Shown piece by piece: positions 60,820 through 64,000 of a DNA stretch of 64,000 nt. A program made the translations under genes and the position numbers. Location: positions 3,904,001 through 3,968,000 of the forward strand of contig OY969724.1 in assembly GCA_963702205.1 (NCBI GenBank), in the 5' to 3' direction. Origin of the DNA: an uncultured candidate division Zixibacteria bacterium (GTDB lineage Bacteria > Zixibacteria > MSB-5A5 > GN15 > PGXB01). The notes under the pieces are model-generated. The model made no database searches. It worked only from the letters and a program-made list of their open reading frames with translations, and had not been told where the DNA came from. The stretch's first letter is position 1. Every line of letters starts with the position of its first letter.

Positions 60820-63118
60820 CCCCTATAACCTTGTTCCAAAATAGGTAATTATTTGGTTCATTTGCTTCAGGATGTTCATGCTCGTTGTCATTCATGAGCT
60901 TATCTACTGCATTTGGGACATTATTTGATTCATGTTTTTCATTTTGATTCAGGTTATGTTCATCCGACAATTCTTCTATTCTCATGGAATCTGAAGAAAA
61001 TGTAGATCCTGAACCAAATTCCTGATGTTTTTGGAATAAGATCGGATAGCCTTTCTCCCCTCTTGGGCCAATGGTATAACCAATTCCATAATCCAAAAGG
61101 TTCGCTTTTATCCGCTCCAAATATGGCCGCAAAGTATTTATGCTCTTTGGGAAAGTTGAATCTGTTTTCTGAGGATCGGCAATATCTTTTAATTGGGTCC
61201 AAGCCTCTTTAATGGTGCCACTCCATTTTTCTTGAGCTTTCATAAATACCATGACCGCTTGAGCCAGAGTATTGCTTTGAATCACCTCATCATTTTGTAA
61301 ATTTATATTTTTGCGATAACTCTCTAAAAATAAGTTCCCGTCATGACCAAGCCCTTCTGCAATAGCATACCCCCATTTGGCGAAATCTGCCATTCGCGGA
61401 AGTGTCGATAATCTGACAGTCGGATAAATGACCATCGCCCTGGATATTGCGTCGAATATGCCTCCCAGTATTTCTGGCTTAACAATATCAAATCTATTCC
61501 AGAGTTCAGATTCCTCAATACGTTTAGAAGGATCTATGCGCTCCAGATGAATCAAAATACTTCGGTCCATCAAATCAGGCTTTTTTATAAGCAAATTTAT
61601 GCCGTTTATTCCGATACATCTTTTCACATGGTATATGATATCATCATCATCTGTATATAGCTGCCGTTTACTGAATCCGCCTCCGGTGCAGGCTTGTGAT
61701 AATATGTCAGACATTTGAGTAGATATATTGCTCAAATTATCAAACAGGCAGACATGGTGATGAGAGATAATTTGTATCAGCTCGCTTTGATTCTTGGGGG
61801 CTATCAGAGCCTCAATACTCGAAGGGTCGCATAATCTCTTTATTGCCCTAAATAAACTCGTTTTGCCTGCGCCATGCGGACCATGAGGATGGAATATCGG
61901 ATGAGGAATATCTGGGATGAAATACGATATGATACAAATGAGTGTCAATAACCTCTGGTCTTTGGGGACATTTAAGAAATCAAAAATGCGGAACGGATTT
62001 CCGCCTTTTATTGGCGTGACTTGCGGCATTTGATGAGGATATCGTCTGAATAGAACTGGTGCATCAGAAATACCCCATTCATCCGGCGTAATTTTAACGC
62101 ATTTACTATTGCCCATGTCGTACCAAATTGCCTGGTCATTCAATGCGATTCTATTTTCAAGATGATGCATATTGCCTTCAAATATGGCCTTGGCTTCAAG
62201 TTCCATTATAGCCTGATTCATAGCATCCGAGTTGGGAGTTTTGTTTTCAGAGGCATATAACCTATGGGTCAGCCATTGCTTTATTTTCTTCGATTTTAGG
62301 GGCACCGCTTCAATGTCCAAAAAAGCATAAGCCTCTTTATTCTGGTCGTGGAACAGATATAATTCGGAAGCGAGTCTTACCAGTCTGGACCCTTGAGATT
62401 CTCTTTTTTCTTGATCATTTGTCTGTTCATCTTCGGCAGGATTATGTTGGGGTAACTGAAGTAATTCGACAACTGAATGATCCAGGAGAAAATCATCCAG
62501 GCCAACTTTATCGCCCGTTTCGCTTGGCAGTCGGATGGCGCTAACAAGGGCACCCCTTGAAACCAGCTCCTCAGCCAAAGCCGTTTCCGCCTTTGTAATT
62601 GACGGGTTCGTGCTGGCGTCGGAATCAAAAACTATATATACACGCCTACCCTTCCATTGAATTGCACTTAAATCGGGAATCGGCAGGCTCTGCCCATTAT
62701 TGTCTCGTCCCTTCCAGCACCAAACCCCTGCCAAGGCGATGCAATTAAGGCCTTCTTGGATGGCTTTTAATGCCTTTTTTTCACCTTCAGTGATATATAA
62801 AACCTCGTTTGAATCATTCAATTTGCTGATAACGGCTTGTGGGACGTATATCCGATTTTGCGAACCTTTGGGGCTTAAATATTTCGCGGCCCGATCATCA
62901 ATTATTGGTGGAACATCCATCTTAACTCGCATGAACTGGTTACCTGAGCCATTTATTAAAGGATAGGGGATCACCAATCCGGCGGAGTCATTGGGATTGA
63001 ATCCGAGTATATTTTTAATTTCTTCAACTGAAGCAGAATGAAAGCCCGCCCCAGCAATTGTCTCATTAGATAACCCCGATTTTCTAAGATCTTGCATGTG
63101 ATACTCAGTTAGATGCAT
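60806..63118 (-). CDS. DUF3854/Toprim-type primase fused to a P-loop helicase/ATPase
   Basis: KYLSP, ITEGEKKA, IVFDSD, KVGLDDFL; Walker A GPHGAGKT, LFDN, RQLYTD. Confidence 0.85.
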   Translation of the reverse strand: MHLTEYHMQDLRKSGLSNETIAGAGFHSASVEEIKNILGFNPNDSAGLVIPYPLINGSGNQFMRVKMDVPPIIDDRAAKYLSPKGSQNRIYVPQAVISKLNDSNEVLYITEGEKKALKAIQEGLNCIALAGVWCWKGRDNNGQSLPIPDLSAIQWKGRRVYIVFDSDASTNPSITKAETALAEELVSRGALVSAIRLPSETGDKVGLDDFLLDHSVVELLQLPQHNPAEDEQTNDQEKRESQGSRLVRLASELYLFHDQNKEAYAFLDIEAVPLKSKKIKQWLTHRLYASENKTPNSDAMNQAIMELEAKAIFEGNMHHLENRIALNDQAIWYDMGNSKCVKITPDEWGISDAPVLFRRYPHQMPQVTPIKGGNPFRIFDFLNVPKDQRLLTLICIISYFIPDIPHPIFHPHGPHGAGKTSLFRAIKRLCDPSSIEALIAPKNQSELIQIISHHHVCLFDNLSNISTQMSDILSQACTGGGFSKRQLYTDDDDIIYHVKRCIGINGINLLIKKPDLMDRSILIHLERIDPSKRIEESELWNRFDIVKPEILGGIFDAISRAMVIYPTVRLSTLPRMADFAKWGYAIAEGLGHDGNLFLESYRKNINLQNDEVIQSNTLAQAVMVFMKAQEKWSGTIKEAWTQLKDIADPQKTDSTFPKSINTLRPYLERIKANLLDYGIGYTIGPRGEKGYPILFQKHQEFGSGSTFSSDSMRIEELSDEHNLNQNEKHESNNVPNAVDKLMNDNEHEHPEANEPNNYLFWNKVIGVGIG

Positions 63119-63351
63119 ATTTCGCCCAGTTTATTTTCGTTTGAGAAAGCGCCTTCTCCGCTCTTCATTTCTCCCTGAAAATCTCCTGTAGAATTACCGG
63201 CCGTTCGCTTCTTAAATGATTCCATCTTTGTCTTAAAACTGGATAGATTAGTAATGTGCCGTCTGGCTATTATCGTGGCCAGTATTTCAAGGCCGCTTCT
63301 TTCTGGTCCCAAATTAGTCATCATTTTCCCTGATTTCGAAAAGGTCATCAA
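63109..63351 (-). CDS. Small hypothetical protein between HTH and primase
   Basis: Fills the gap in a co-oriented operon and overlaps both neighbours; start uncertain. Confidence 0.4.
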   Translation of the reverse strand: MMTFSKSGKMMTNLGPERSGLEILATIIARRHITNLSSFKTKMESFKKRTAGNSTGDFQGEMKSGEGAFSNENKLGEICI

Positions 63352-63571
63352 AGGAATATTTATCGAATATGATTAAAAAACGATTTCTCAAGACCGGCGA
63401 TGGGTGGCGCTTTCCGGCCAGTAATTGAGACAAATATCCACTCGAAATGTCGAGCTTATTGGCCAACCAATTCTGTGACATATTCTTACGAGCCAATATG
63501 CTGTTTACTTTCTTGGTTTTTAAACCTACCCTAATCATTTTTATGTCCTTATTGTTGTCAGCATACAACAA
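63314..63571 (-). CDS. Cro/XRE-like HTH protein
   Basis: MSQNWLANKLDISSGYLSQLLAGKRHPS; start may be 63538. Confidence 0.85.
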   Translation of the reverse strand: MLYADNNKDIKMIRVGLKTKKVNSILARKNMSQNWLANKLDISSGYLSQLLAGKRHPSPVLRNRFLIIFDKYSFDDLFEIRENDD

Positions 63572-63610
63572 TTATAGTAAGCGCACCCCGGCGAAAAATC
63601 AATGAAAAAA

Positions 63611-63647
63611 TGCTTATTATTGAAAATAGTGCTTGCAATAATTAGCA
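63611..63647. promoter_or_regulatory. Inverted repeat, candidate operator between divergent HTH genes
   Basis: TGCTTATTATTG-13-CAATAATTAGCA, one mismatch. Confidence 0.55.
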
Positions 63648-63689
63648 TTTCAACCTATTATAGACCAATACTTGGAGGAAGGAGCGTTT

Positions 63690-64000
63690 GTGGCATTAGG
63701 AGAATATTTAAAACAGGCCAGAATTAAACTTGGTTTTTCCCTTCGTGAGGCAGAGGAAAAATCAGGAGTTTCAAATGCATATATTTCGTTAATAGAAAGT
63801 GGCAAGCGGACAGATCCTCATCCGAATATATTGAAAAGCCTCGCAAGAGCCTATGGTCTTGATATTAAGGAAGTAATGGATAGAGCGGGGTATCTTGACT
63901 TAGAAATATCCGAGAATAACGAGCAAAATCTAATAGAGCAGGATTACCAAAAAGCCATATCTGATCCAGAATTTCACTTTGGCAGACGTTCGGCTACCAA
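63690..64000 (+). CDS. XRE/CI-like repressor, 3' truncated by the window end (absent from the ORF track)
   Basis: GGAGGAAGGAG RBS; GTG start; MALGEYLKQARIKLGFSLREAEEKSGVSNAYISLIESGKRTDP. Confidence 0.88.
   Translation, partial: MALGEYLKQARIKLGFSLREAEEKSGVSNAYISLIESGKRTDPHPNILKSLARAYGLDIKEVMDRAGYLDLEISENNEQNLIEQDYQKAISDPEFHFGRRSAT

Larger units (their letters stand above)
48225..64000. mobile_element. Putative phage-satellite-like integrative element, truncated by the window end
   Basis: Divergent HTH pair, primase-helicase, STGP-motif gene and defence cargo, bounded on the left by site 8; no integrase visible. Confidence 0.65.

Noticed and set aside
138..62966. Numerous short antisense or alternate-frame ORFs in the track
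   Set aside because: They overlap well-supported genes and show no recognisable motifs.

Overview
Bacterial genomic DNA, most likely candidate phylum Zixibacteria (inferred from seven proteins with the GDANxDxxVNLIDILYLIxYLYxxPxGPxP dockerin-like domain and two FlgD/T9SS-like tails). Bases 1-4.5 kb look like core genome: an NrfD-type membrane subunit fused to a six-heme cytochrome c, then a PAS kinase and three receiver proteins. A DUF3857 gene pair follows. From about 8.8 to 48.3 kb lies an array of very large secreted proteins with shuffled domains, plus one sugar-enzyme/IS256 block. These units are separated by eight copies of a composite site: a hairpin, an 11-7-11 palindrome, a GCTCCCC core and a variable right arm. 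One copy is the reverse complement of a tRNA-Asn-like 3' end, and left and right arms are reassorted between copies. From 48.2 kb to the end is a phage-satellite-like element (Cro/CI-like switch, primase-helicase, STGP-motif protein) carrying type I R-M with Abi_C and RhuM. Best candidate for a novel system: a tRNA-att-linked, integron-like accretion array of secreted-protein cassettes. No recombinase or intact tRNA is visible in the window, so the mechanism is inferred. Two single-C frameshifts are probably assembly errors.
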